Assembly: GCA_964658305.1 (NCBI GenBank) | Contig: OZ210886.1 | Coordinates: forward strand, 496,001 to 560,000 | Source of the DNA: Leptogorgia sarmentosa | Lineage: Eukaryota | DNA: 64,000 nucleotides | Reading direction: 5' to 3' | Shown here: piece after piece, positions 39,401 to 51,981 of the stretch | Layout of the letters: each line of letters starts with the position of its first letter | Numbering within the stretch: the stretch's first letter is position 1 | Program-made: the position numbers and the translations under genes | Notes under the pieces: generated by a model | Seen by the model: only the letters and a program-made list of their open reading frames with translations | The model's database searches: none | Told to the model about the DNA's origin: nothing

Positions 39401-40668
39401 GGAAGTAAGTTACCTTGCCTAAAATAGTCTTGTAAATGTACATTGTTTTAATCGTGGGCTCCATATTGTCCCAGTAAAGAAATCCTAACATTCGGCATAC
39501 AAAACCGGGAACATAGAACGTGCATAAATTCTGTAATTATTTTGTGTAATTGACGCGTTTTGTTACAGATGAAAATGAAACTGTTAGATGCGCTGATATC
39601 AAGTGTCCAAAGCTGAATCCATCACACTGTGTTGGTGTAACGCCTCCTGGAGCTTGCTGTAAAGTCTGTGGTGAGTGGAAAACTTTATTAGCGTTGTTGG
39701 ATTGTCAGACCTGATTATTCTTGATTGCGTTGTTGTCCATGCATGTCAAAACTAGCCAAAGAACACGACTTTTGCATGGTGTTGTTAATTAAATGAATTA
39801 TCTCTTTCCAGCCACACAGTTGACAGTTTTATTTGATGAGGGGGAAGTATCGAATACGAACAAAATTGTGATGGATACGTCTCAACCAATAACACAACAG
39901 CAAGTTGTGGAAAGAGTGCGAAGACATTTATCAATAGTAAGATTTTTTGACATCCTGAAACATTGGGCGTCCTTTCTTCCAGAAACATGTAAATGCACAT
40001 GTGAACATATGTGGAGTTTTGTTTCCCAAAATTTTACTCAATGAGAATTTATTTTAATACATTGGGTCAATTTTAGAGCGAATGTGATGTATTTGGTTAC
40101 TACTACACTCAGCATAACTTCATCCTACTGGTGAAGGCAATAACTGAAGAACCAACAACACTTCAGGTGAGTTAACGTGAAATGCTGAATTATGCCAACT
40201 TCTTGGTTGTGAATGTTTAATTTAAATGTGATGTAAATCTAAACCTGCAATATGCAGTTCCCAAATAGCACAATGTTCGCTAACTACCTCGGCCTTATAG
40301 TGATAAACCACAGAATATAAGTTATGTTCATTATTGAACAAATGATCTGTCGATAACGCTTCCATTACGAGTTCGATTTTATGTTTTGGGACAAGATCTG
40401 AATTTAATTCATATTTTGTTGTATTTAGTTCCTTATCTGCAAAAAAGAAGCTGAAAAGATTGAAACTTTGATCAATACTCCTCAGAGTCCAATATTTACA
40501 TCCGATGAGATTCTATCATCATTCCGTGCAGTGACCTTAAATACACCATCGCTATCAGATAAAGTACCCGGACACAGCAGTAAAGCGCCATCTGCGTATT
40601 CAAGTTCAACTTTGTTACTCATTTGTACATTAACGTTCACGTTGACCTGGACAAGACAATTATTGTAG
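30414..40668 (+). CDS. RECK: Reversion-inducing cysteine-rich protein with Kazal motifs (GPI-anchored)
   Basis: About 30 short exons: 30414-30471 (signal peptide), 30875-30945, 31272-31346, 31497-31533 (CC1), 33603-33745, 34173-34206, 34337-34392, 34511-34634, 34797-34924, 35014-35047, 35300-35451, 35595-35622, 35701-35761, 35907-36060, 36137-36201, 36390-36520, 36657-36689, 36931-37041, 37266-37321, 37434-37566, 37776-37892, (38027-38062), 38259-38340, 38557-38649, 38728-38789, 38990-39117, 39272-39404, 39569-39670, 39812-39936, 40077-40166, 40429-40668. Five CC repeats, CTNFNNR.TELFRSC, ACTLQIQPCH, Kazal motifs PVCGTNGKTY and VCGVDGQTYSS, PPGACC, CKKEAEKIETLIN and a hydrophobic GPI signal. 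Confidence 0.95.
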
Positions 40669-41565
40669 AGTGATTGGAGCAGTGAACGCAGCGCAGAGTG
40701 CTTGGTCTGGTTATTAACCAGAGGTTTTTTACATCAACTATTGGTGATATCCCATCATTGGCTACTTCCGGAAGAAGGGATGTGTGAGCATCTAGCCCTA
40801 TTAAATGGGGTACTATGTCCCGATCAAAACCATCCTCAAGAGGCAGTGTTCGTTCAAAGAGATTACTACTTGTACAGCGACAGCACTGGTGAGCCTGAAC
40901 CAAGGAGCCATGGCGCATTCCTTTGTCAATCATGCTGAATTCATCCCTGTCCGGAAGTAGCCACAATACTTTGGCCGTTAAATTGGTCAATTTTGAAAAC
41001 AAAGTCAAAATTTTAGAACAAAGCCGTAATATTCTTATAGAAAAGATTAGAATTACCAAATTGGTTGGAAATGGCAACCAATGTTTTACGTCGGCCAATC
41101 TCTCGTCATTCCTACAGTCGTGACAAAACGGAAACCATGTGGGTATTTAATCGACGCTAAAATTTTAAAACTTGTGTTAGAATGTCACTAATTCCAACCC
41201 CCAAGGCCCTATGGACATAAAACTGTGTACAAGTACAATATATGACCAGAACAGGAGTGAGTTAGAGACATTTTAACACATATAGATAGCACATGCAATA
41301 GAGTTTTAATATAGCAAACATTGTAATATATTGTATATAAAGTTACAGATTTTATTTTTCTGCAGAAGGACACTGCGACAAATTAAAAACGTCCAGTATA
41401 TTTGTGTGTGTGCAATGTTGTTAATATTTGTCTTTGCGTTTTCCCGGTTTTGGACACACGTAATGCGAAGTTTTTTATCCATATTGCTTTCACTTAACCG
41501 GCCACGCAGGCTCTCTTGTTTGAGGTTGGAGAAGAACCAACACATCTTTTGGATTTAGGCTTTCA

Positions 41566-44500
41566 TTAACTGTACTTTATACCAAGGTATTCAATCCAAC
41601 TTGTAAGTGTTCTTAGTTCTTTGGTCATCTGAAACGTTAAAGGAATATACACTGAAGGAGTCTTGGGATAACTTTCAGCTATATGGCCATTTACGAATTA
41701 GTGGGAACCGAGAACCTCCAACTTTCTTACTAAAGCTGCAGCACTAACTATATACATACATGCACTGTTACTTACCGAACTATCTTGGAATATAATAGCT
41801 GGGTCCGCACCGTGAATTTCTACCACACTGACATCTCCGTTGGAGGGATATCCATTTTGTATCTTCAAAGTACAAACTATTTGACCAGCTTTTCCAAGCA
41901 TTAGTCGTACTATTCGCTCCTCTTCATTCCAGTCAATTGCAAATCTAGGAGAAATACATAAAGGCCCATTTACACTTCGCAATTTTCAAGTGCAATTTTC
42001 TCCTTTTGATAAATGTGAATGAATGAAATAATGACGAATGTGCCGAGTGCACGTTTTGTCACCTGAACATTCGTGACTGGTTTGCTCGTTCACATCCAAC
42101 AAAAAGAGAAAATCGCATGGGAAATCGCAGCGAAAGTTTACACCGGCGTGAAGTGACTGACAGGCCTGATTTACACTGTACGGAGTACAGGTGAATATCG
42201 TTCGCTCCCAATGTATGATGGTTACCGCATATCTTCATTAATGTTTACTACCTTTTCTGCAACGACTTCATTTCTTTTAATAATTTGACGTGATTATGAA
42301 ATCTTTTTTGAACTTCAAAATTGAAAATTTTCAGTTCATGAGTTGACTTCAAATGATGAATTAATTCTTTGATAAAAGTCGTTGAACAGTTTGCCTAAAA
42401 ACGTCAGAATAATGTTTAATGCGAAACTCATTGGAATGTTTTTCTGCACCATGGGTTCGATTCTATGGGATTATTCAGACTTTGGTCCAGGTTTAATGTC
42501 CACTCAAATTGAAGTTGGCAGACCGACCACTTTTTGAAGTATAATCTGGCAGCAAAACGTTCAGCCCATGCTGGACAATTAATTGTTCATGAACCTACCG
42601 TTACATCTTCAATGAGGACGGCGGTATCACTTTCTGCAAAATGTACAGTAAGTACTAAAATTGATGTGTCATCACTCTCATCATAGATATCAGAAATGTC
42701 TATCTCCATCCAGTTTTCGCCAACGTTTAAAACTCGTAACCCACATAATGTTACAAATTTGTAAAATAAATCCAACCTAGAAAAAGAGTGGCGGTTGTGC
42801 CTAATTTAGCTTTCGGCCGCGATACCATGCCATAGCAACACAAAAAATACCCTTGTTTTTCTGAAGAGTTTAAAGATCTTTCTTCTTCCATTTTCAAAGT
42901 AGATAACTCGTCTTCCAATTTTATCAAAGCTTTCTGTTCGGCATCTCGTTCTAATTGAAGTAATGATGTGTATTCAGTCAAGCTATCCACAGCTGCCGAG
43001 CATTGTTCTAGTGCTCCACTTGTTTGCTCCTGCGTGGAAAACACATGAGAAATTCGTTAACTACACTGGCAATAGACCTTGGAAGTGGTTACGTCAGGAA
43101 GTTTTCTTACCAATTTTTCTGTTAGATGTTGTTTTGAATAGTTGACTGCGCCGCAAGCCTAGTGTGAGAGCATAAACAAATCTATTTATTGTGGGAGAAA
43201 AAACCTACTACTGACAATATATTCTCAAACTTTTCCGATACTTTTCAGCGCCTGCAATTATGAATGATATTCTCCAACGGTGTCGTTACGATGAGCCATA
43301 CTTACGGAAGCACGTTCTCGTTTTTGCGATTCTAATAATTCTTTTCTCTCTCGTAACTTGTCCAGCTTCTTCATCTGCATGCAGAAAACTACATTACAAT
43401 AAGTCTATCACGAGTGATACATATCAAAATGCCAATAGGATTTTTTCCAACCTTCTCTTTAACAACTGATAGTTTAGTTTCGATCTGGATTTTCTGTTCT
43501 TTAATCGCGTCATCAACTAAAAGATTATTTCAACGTCACCCAAACCCTAGCCGCGCTCTGGTGATTGTGCCTCTATTTGGAATTGCATGACCTAACTCAA
43601 ATATGAATTATAACACGAATATATGAAATACATATAACCCCATCCCCCAAAAATCGATCTCCCACGGTCCTTGGTGTACGGTATTAAATTACCGGTTTGA
43701 ATATCCCCAGCGTGCTGTTCCAATTGTTCCTGAACTGATTCAATGTCATTCTTCACTTTCTCTGCTTCTTTTCTTTCTTTGTTCATCAACTCTTGAAGAA
43801 GAAAACTTCAATATGTCACCACTGTAATGTATCTACCCGATAAAAATTTCTGCTAACTACTAAACATCAGGGGCCGCGAAAGCACCTCAAAATCAAATTT
43901 TCCTTTCAAAAAAAGGGCACATTTACCTGTGTCTAAAATTGGGCCGGGCACTTGCCCCCAATGCCGTAAAATACTGACATTAATGATTAATTACATTATT
44001 ATATCAAGCGCACACTATATAACACAAAAGGCCCCATATACTGTAACACAAAAAGGGCACAAATCTAATAAAAATAAGGGCACATTTTCTCGTTTTAAAA
44101 AAGTGGGGGGGCACCGTGCCCCAGTGCCCCCCCCCCTGTTCCGCGGCCCTTGCTAAACATACAAAGAAGGCCCTTCGTTCGGTAATTAGTGTGGGGGCAG
44201 GAGGGGAGGGGGGACTGTGATTTTAGAGCGCAAACAAGTTCATTGACTCGCCATTTTTCGTTTACTGCATTTAAATCAATAAGCATTATTTGAATATGAG
44301 AGTTTCTTCAGCTAGATTTTTTACAACAATAAGTCGAATAAATCAGAAAAGGAAGATTTTTTCACCACCGGTAGTTTTAAACGGAAAATGACAATAAATT
44401 ACCCTTTTCTTGGACATGGTCTTCACCAATAAGCCAATTTTCCTCAACATTGTCAACAAGACGTTCTTGTTGCAAGCCATTCGCCAACCATATTTTTGTT

Positions 44501-45842
44501 CCTGGCAATGTCCACGCTCCTTTTAGGCTGCCTATATGTGACTATAGAATATGTCATGTACAGTATAGACTTTTAAATATACAGAAATGGAAATCAGTGT
44601 AGAGAGTCTCTATAGATTACTAGAGATAAACACAGCAAAGTTGATATTCTAAGAAAAATAGATGTACCAAGACTTTCTTTTAAGCTACAGTGTACATATG
44701 AGGATGATTTTAACACCATAGAGTCTACCTACCTTGACTTGTGAAACTTTGTCCACATGTTTAAATTCATTGTTATCTCCAGTCATATCTAAAGCATCTT
44801 TTAAAACACTTTCTATACAATCAACCTTCACATCTTGCAGATGCAAGTTCCTGTAAGAATAAACATTTAACAATAAATACAAAAATATGAATAAGCAAGG
44901 TGAAATTTTGTCTGATATAAGTAGCTAATTTTTGTAAATCATGCTTATGTTTCATTAACTTATTAAAAGTGTTCAGATGAGATGGATCAGTCATAGAACT
45001 GCACAACAGTTGTCAGTAGAAACATTTAGGGATATTGCAAAACACAGCATTTAAAATGCTGGCCAAGGGATGAAAGAGGCAGAAATTGTTCTTCCAGACT
45101 CTGGGTTATTCATACAGGATATATGCAGAGTTTTCTACACATTCACCAGATTGGATTTTTGCACACTAGTTTACTGAAGGTAACAGAATAATTTGTAACA
45201 AGACTGTTCCCAAAAAAATGCTGGTTTTGCCAGAGTAGACACTTTGAAAAATACTGCCCCCTTCCCAACGCAACAGTGGTAAATGGCAATGTACTGCTAT
45301 TATTTAATTTATTTTCCATTAAACATCATATCCAGTGAGACATAATGCCAAATGACATTATGAAGACTTGGGTATATCTATCAAGGATTGAAAAGGAGAT
45401 TGGTGGAATAAAAATACACCATGACAACATTTTGATAGCCAGTGGAGAAACTACACAACACCACCGATTTTAGAGTAGTTTATTTATCTCTATATAATGA
45501 ATAAGGATGGTTCTGAAGAGTGAAGACATATTCCAACAGTAGAGTGATTCACAGTATTCACTCACTCATGAAAGTCAGTATAAATAGTTCTGCTAACAAG
45601 AGATCGTGAAAATCGCGTACTCACGCTTCAATATCATTCATACTTGCAGGAATACTAAAATTCAGGAAACTTTCAAACATAAATTTTGTTATGTTTTCAA
45701 TATTTGTGTGACTTCGCGCCAGAAAACCCAAAATTTTCAAAAATTTTTCCTCGTTCCAGACTTCCGCTCTATCACGCGCCTCTGCCTCTATAACAGACCC
45801 TGGTCCTGGTGCACTATGGGAAGACCACGATCTTTCACCCAT
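41566..45842 (-). CDS. Uncharacterised ~493 aa protein: central coiled coil plus C-terminal tandem RWD-like region (kinetochore-protein-like)
   Basis: Twelve phase-compatible GT-AG exons: 45842-45625, 44850-44729, 44531-44403, 43791-43693, 43516-43452, 43374-43306, 43158-43111, 43029-42851, 42776-42599, 42394-42252, 41944-41776 and 41628-41566 (1482 nt in total). E/K/L-rich heptads are followed by a beta-rich region ending RFAIDW...VCTLKIQNGYP...LTSWIEYL. Confidence 0.8.
43868..44152. mobile_element. hAT-like MITE (285 bp) in an intron of the coiled-coil/RWD gene
   Basis: TIR CAGGGGCCGCG / CGCGGCCCTTG, perfect 8-bp TSD CTAAACAT, and internal repeated AAGGGCAC motifs. Confidence 0.88.
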
Positions 45843-46540
45843 ACTTTCACCATATATACAACTTTCACCCGTTGCTTTCCCCTCAAGTCCTCTCGGTGAT
45901 CAGAACTGCATGGTTTCTGTGATGATCTTTTATTACTGTTGAATTACTGCACAAATTGATTAACTAAGCATGCATTGGTCCTCAGGGTTTTAAAACTAAG
46001 AAACTGCATAGTAATCATGTCCGCCCCAAATTCCACCACTGACGCTTATCCTAGCCCACCATCCATGACGAAGTTAAAACAGTTTCAATGTGCTTGAAGC
46101 TTACTGCCATCTAAAAATGTATCCAAAAAACGTTCGTTTTGTTCGTTCCACAATCCACCTGCATGCCCATGGTACCGTGCTTGCGTCACTATATATGAAA
46201 ATTAGAAAATGTCTTTTGAACCTGATTCGCCCCGAACTTGATTATCACTATAAACCCCCTGACTAATAACATATACTCTCTCTTTTGAAAAAAATCATTT
46301 TTAGTTTTCTATTTGAGCAATTTGACTGTTGTGAATGTCGTGCACTGTGACAAGAATGAGTATATGGATGGCATTAGTAACGGAATTCCTGTATGCAAAT
46401 CTCTAGCAATTCTGAAGAGACGCACTGACCCAGAACGGGACACTGACAGTCTGTTGTGTATAGTATAACGCATTACCCAATTGAAAACAAACAGAAAGAT
46501 GCCACGAGTTATTTCTACCTAAGGCTATCTCTACATCGCC

Positions 46541-49500
46541 ATGGACAGAGAAAATGGTGGATTTCAAGGTAGTTCGTCATCCACAACACAACTTTCTGTG
46601 GCAGAATCAGCACAGGCAATGGAGGCGGCACAAGCAGCACCGCGATCAACACGATGGTATAGGAAAGTTTACAATGATTTGAGTCCGTCCAGACAAATAT
46701 TCTGTCTCTTTTGTATATTCGATTTTCTCTTCACTTTCTTCTTGTGGATTATATATGCCCAGGTAAGTGCTGTGTTAGAACACCTAAACGAATATAGAAC
46801 ACTCAGTTGACACTTGTTGGTTGAGGAGCTAGCCGTGCGATCGTAGATGTCAAAAGGACATGATACAAAATTATATAAAACATATAAACAAAACGTACCT
46901 TAGTCGCCTCGGGACATTGGTAGAAAAGCCTTGGCACGCGAGACACCGAAGAGCAAGTTTTTGTTCAAATATTCACATTGTTATATATTATATATTATAT
47001 ATATACGATTTTAAAAGTTTACATCAGTGTCAATATTTTACTGCAAGGACAGACAAAAATATACAAACATTCAGTTTATTCAAGCATACAGCGAAATAAC
47101 ACACAACCTAAGGTTAATGGTTTGGAGTGGGTTTGGATGGTAACCTTAGTGCGAGACAGAAGTTGGGTGAGCGCAATAAATCGCTACTTTGCAAGGCTTG
47201 CAACTGATCAAACCACCGTAGCTTTACTTTGCAGTTAAACTGCAGCAAATAGGATTTGCAATTGCTGTATCCCCACGTGATTTATAAAACAAATAGATAT
47301 AGCTATTCGCCATGTTGAATGAAGTTTGGATTGTAATTGAACAAGAAATCAACCATGGCACTGATGCAGATCAAAAACATGTCCTTGAGCTCTTTAGCAT
47401 AGCTTTTAGCATTTGTAACATTGACGAATTTTTCTTACCTCTCCAAAACAAAAATCTTGGCGGCGCCACTGATGCCCCCATAAATGAGAAACGTTTTCTT
47501 TATCATATTCTATATTCTTATTCTTTATATTTTCAAATGTTTTCAGGGAGTTGCTGTGACTGGACTTGATGACTCGCTTTCTGCAGAAATTAAACATTAT
47601 GGAATTGGGTCTTCTCTCTTTGACATAGTCGTAAGTGTAAAGTAGTAAACTTCATTTTTGCTTTATGCAACGTTTTAGCAGCGATAGAACCAAACTGAAC
47701 TGAATTGAGTATACATACAGTATGCACGTATCTACATGCATGGTAAAGGGCATTCTCTATTTGTATATTGCGTGTCGAATACAGTGAAAACTGGACAATA
47801 ACGTTTTTCTAATCCTATCCCATGTCACCCTCAAAATCAAACATGATATCAATGGGTTGTATTTTTTGTCTTTATCGTAGATTCTTTCATTATTACGAGT
47901 AATAATACTGCTGGCAGTTTATGGCTATTATAAGAGTAAACGAGTCCTTACAGTAGCTGTAAGTATACACTAGTTGCTTCATGAGTCAATAATAAGAACA
48001 GAAAAAGACAGTCAAACCTTTCTCACGTGCATGTACAAGCATATACGTACATATACGTGTGAAAGTCATCAGAATATAAACTGGATCTTGATAAATACAT
48101 TTCTGGTCTTTTTTAGTTAACCACATTTGCTTCAACGGTCTATCTGATATCAAAGGCCTTTGTATTCGATGTAAGTTTCCTTAGTACAGCGCAGGCACAT
48201 ATAATTTAAATACATATAGCCTTGGCGTAGAGTGATGTCGACAGAGTGCATTATGTTCTACGTAAAGCCTACAACGAGAAAAACTTTCGTACAAAAGTTT
48301 TGAAATCTTTAGTATTTGAATACTTCAACGATACTAAGACCAAAGAACTGAGTTTGTAAGGGTGAACATTTCAAATCCCGAGTTGTCTGGATTGCAATTA
48401 TTACATACGTGTTTTTCAGTTTGAAGATTCTAGTAAGGACGATGGAAGCAGACCAGTGGACTACTTTCTTCACATCGGATCATTTGTGTTAGTTTGGGTT
48501 GAGGCATGGTACATGCAAGTTAAGGTAAATATTGCCCATGCCTAAATATATGAAGACGTATGGAAATTAAGTACAGGAACCAGATAAATTCATTCAATCT
48601 GTTTTCCAGGTTCTTCCGAAAGAGAGAAGGGAAGCAGCAAAAAGACATTCAGGTAGCTCAGTATATACTGTACCATCCACGGTGTCTGAGAGTGCATCCC
48701 TTGAGGCTTGAGCAATTGTTCTTCATAAATATTATTTGATAATTATTGCGATGCAACATCTGACCGTTTATATGGCCAAACTAAGCTGCGCTCGGCCTGA
48801 GACCGAAAATAATAACTTACAATAAGAACGTTACCTCAAGCACATGCAGTCTATCCAATATAGACGTTACCTAACGTCGTGTTTTTTTGTATCACTGTAG
48901 AGCCAAATTATGGATCTATCAAACCACCAATGTAAGTCACATGAATGTATTGAGAACTGATATGAATTTTATTGGTTGATTAAACTATACGGAATCATGC
49001 AGGTGTACGTGTCGTATGGTTAAACTACTAGCCTGAAAACAGATCAACCTTACTGCGTACAGAGACCAATATATGTAGAGACCTTTTTCATGTTTGTAAA
49101 CGTTACCCATGGTTCAGTACCTCTGGTCAATAAACATATAAAGATGAACGTTGTGCTGATAATGGTCTTCGTGTATATCTAGATGTACTAGGACCACAGT
49201 GGGATATTAAGAATATAACACAAAGACGAAAATCATTTTTCTTGTCTTGTTTTCCAGGAGTTCTGCTTATTCTGTGCTGTCATTCCGTACTCCACCAGAA
49301 CAAGGTAAATTTACAGTTTGTTTATAAGTAAACATGCAATGATACTTTCACTCACTATTTGTCTTTTTCTTATGCATATTTCTAGATTCAGAAGAAGAGG
49401 AAGAAGTCATCAGAGCGGTAGGTGGCGAATAGTAGTGTAGAAATACATCCAAAGGTGAACTCGAAGGGAGAATAGAAAAATGAGAATTTTCACGCTGGTA

Positions 49501-51742
49501 TCGAGCCCTTTTCGATATGCGTGTTTTAAAATTTTGAAATTTCTTAGCCTATCTTTTTCCGAGAAAATTCATGGAAAGTATCAGAGTGCGCCAAGTTTGT
49601 AAATTTTGAGAAAATGGAATGGAAAACATTGTGTATACCTTTTGCTAGAATTTGGCATACATTGAAACGGCGAGAAAAACAACGAGCAAGGCATTGACCT
49701 TTTTGTATGCTGATAAATCGTGGAATATTGAAAAACAAAAGGTATCATAAGTTAATTGTTTTGGTATGCACGTCCTCTGTAACAATCGTGTATTTCATGC
49801 AGCTATATGCATCAGTTAAATTAAAGTAGGCCAAAATGTAAGAAGCAACGACAAAAGAAATACTTAGTCAAGTTTAATCATCTCATTATTCGTTGTGACT
49901 GTCACATGCAGCTGTCATCATGCAGTGGATGTGAAACATGAATGTTTGGTTCGAATAAAAACTCTCTCCACCATTATTCTAATTCTTTTTATCTTAATTA
50001 ACTCTATAACCGCTTGTTGAAAGGACATTTTTTATTCTGTTTTATATTACAGGATGACATGTTGGTCGAAAGTACAATGGATGAAAAAATAGGAAAAATT
50101 ATGAGAATGCGGGTTCGTGCAAATCATTCTAAATTTTTATTTGGTAATTGGGGGGAGGTTAATGTTCTGCCTGACGAACTTCTTTTGAAATTAATTTGGA
50201 AACAACTGATTTCAAAAGAAATCATCGTTGTCGGGCAGAACACGAAAATATGAATATGCACCTCCACCCTCGGCCTTTCGTCAGGAATTTGTGTGGGACA
50301 AACGCAATCTGACGTCTCAAGGTCCTCAAGAGGCATTCGGAAGTTTCGCGGGAGTTATTCAGAATATTTGTACTTTATCCAACGTAAGGTTTTCCACAAT
50401 ATGAAGTTTGGAATCTTCAAATATTTTTAGGCATGCATCAATGCAAATCAACAGATCGTGCATAAGATGGTGTTTGGAGATCCTGATAATGTTAAAAAAT
50501 GGAATAAAAATGTTGCTCATGCTGAGGTAGGTTTAACAGACGTTTCGGCATAAAGTAAATGTTCATCGATGAAAAATTAACAATTTTTTGTTCGGGTCTC
50601 TAATGGGAGTTAGATTACGGGAATTGAATGACTATCCATGTTTCCCAACTTGAGAAATTCAAATGAATATTGCACCCAATAATCTATATACAAATTACAC
50701 TGCAGTCTGCACCTAAACCATGCAGAAATCGCATTTTACCTGTCTAGTTTACGAGATTTATGTTTTCAGGTTATTCAAAAAATAAATTCAACAACTGACA
50801 TTAGCTATTCTTCCATGGCGGCGCTAGCTGGGGGACTAGTATCAGCCAGGTAAATATATTGAATGATTTGATTATACTGAATCAACTCCAACAAATTCAT
50901 TTGCAATAGTAAAAGTACACCAGGTTAATCCTTCGAGATCTGTTGATTGTAAAAAATTCCAATCAGAACGATATAACAGAATTCAACGTTTCAACCTAAG
51001 GGTCATCAATTCTCGACAAAAGCCTTTCCTAGACTTTGTTTTTCTTTTATCATTTAGGTAGTTATTGGAACTTTTACTGTATTTTTAGAGATTACGTAAC
51101 GATCAATCATTACCAGAGAATTGGAGAGATGTATTTGACCAGTTCAACATCAATCGTAACACCAGATAAACCTCCAGTAAAAGGTGTAATTAGGTAAGAC
51201 TGGATCAGAGTTAGTATAATAATAGCAACTTCATTTAAGTAAAAAGTTAGTAGTTACTGTAACTGATTACCTTAATTAATTTATTTTCCTTCCATGCATG
51301 TCCATTCGTTATAACAGGGGAGAGACCATTCTCAGTGCGTACGCCCTCCTTCCAGCAGAAAATGAACCGGAGAAATCAGAGTTCGTTTGGATAGTTTCCA
51401 CAGCGTTAAAGGTGAGTTAATTCATGTCCAAGATTATTTAAATTTTAAATAAGATATATTCAGCTAAAGGGAAATGACATTACCGGAAAAATATATTTAA
51501 ACAGACAATGAATTCTCGCTGACCACACCATATACTGACTGTTATTCTTACTATAAATGATACTCAGTATCCGTACTCAGAGATCTAACTCAGTTATATT
51601 GTCGTTTCTATTTCAGCCTGGTTCAATTCCTCAAATGTTTGTTGATCAAGGCATACCGCCATTTCTTTTTGAATGTGTGACTAATCTTAGAAGGGAATGT
51701 GAAAGTCTCAAGAATGCTGATGCAGCTAATACACAATTATAA
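46541..51742 (+). CDS. STARD3: StAR-related lipid transfer protein 3 (MLN64): MENTAL + START domains
   Basis: Exons 46541-46762, 47547-47630, 47881-47958, 48117-48170, 48420-48524, 48610-48652, 48901-48931, 49258-49304, 49386-49417, (49548-49577, uncertain), 49649-49741, 50053-50112, 50431-50526, 50770-50849, 51089-51193, 51318-51411 and 51617-51742. MENTAL motifs SPSRQIFCLFCIFD, SSLFD and WVEAW; START motifs WNKNV, GGLVSARDY and IRGE. Confidence 0.93.
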
Positions 51743-51831
51743 CCGTCATAAGGCGAAGGTTTCTCTGTAGGTTGTGGGGGACAAAATGTGTACGATTGTG
51801 CGGGACCCCCGAATGAAACCACATCTGCAGC

Positions 51832-51981
51832 CAGTGCTGTAGCTCCAGAGGTGGAGGGAGCGGGTTCTCTCGTAGTAAGTTTTTAATGTTGAAGCATCGA
51901 TCGAGGGGAACTTAGCCCACTCAGAATTTGAAGAAGGGGGTCTCTGCCTCCAAGCCCTCCCCCCTCGCATCTACAGCACTT
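51832..51981. mobile_element. 150-bp hAT-like MITE downstream of STARD3
   Basis: TIR CAGTGCTGTAG / CTACAGCACTT with perfect 8-bp TSD TCTGCAGC (51824-51831, 51982-51989). Confidence 0.85.
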
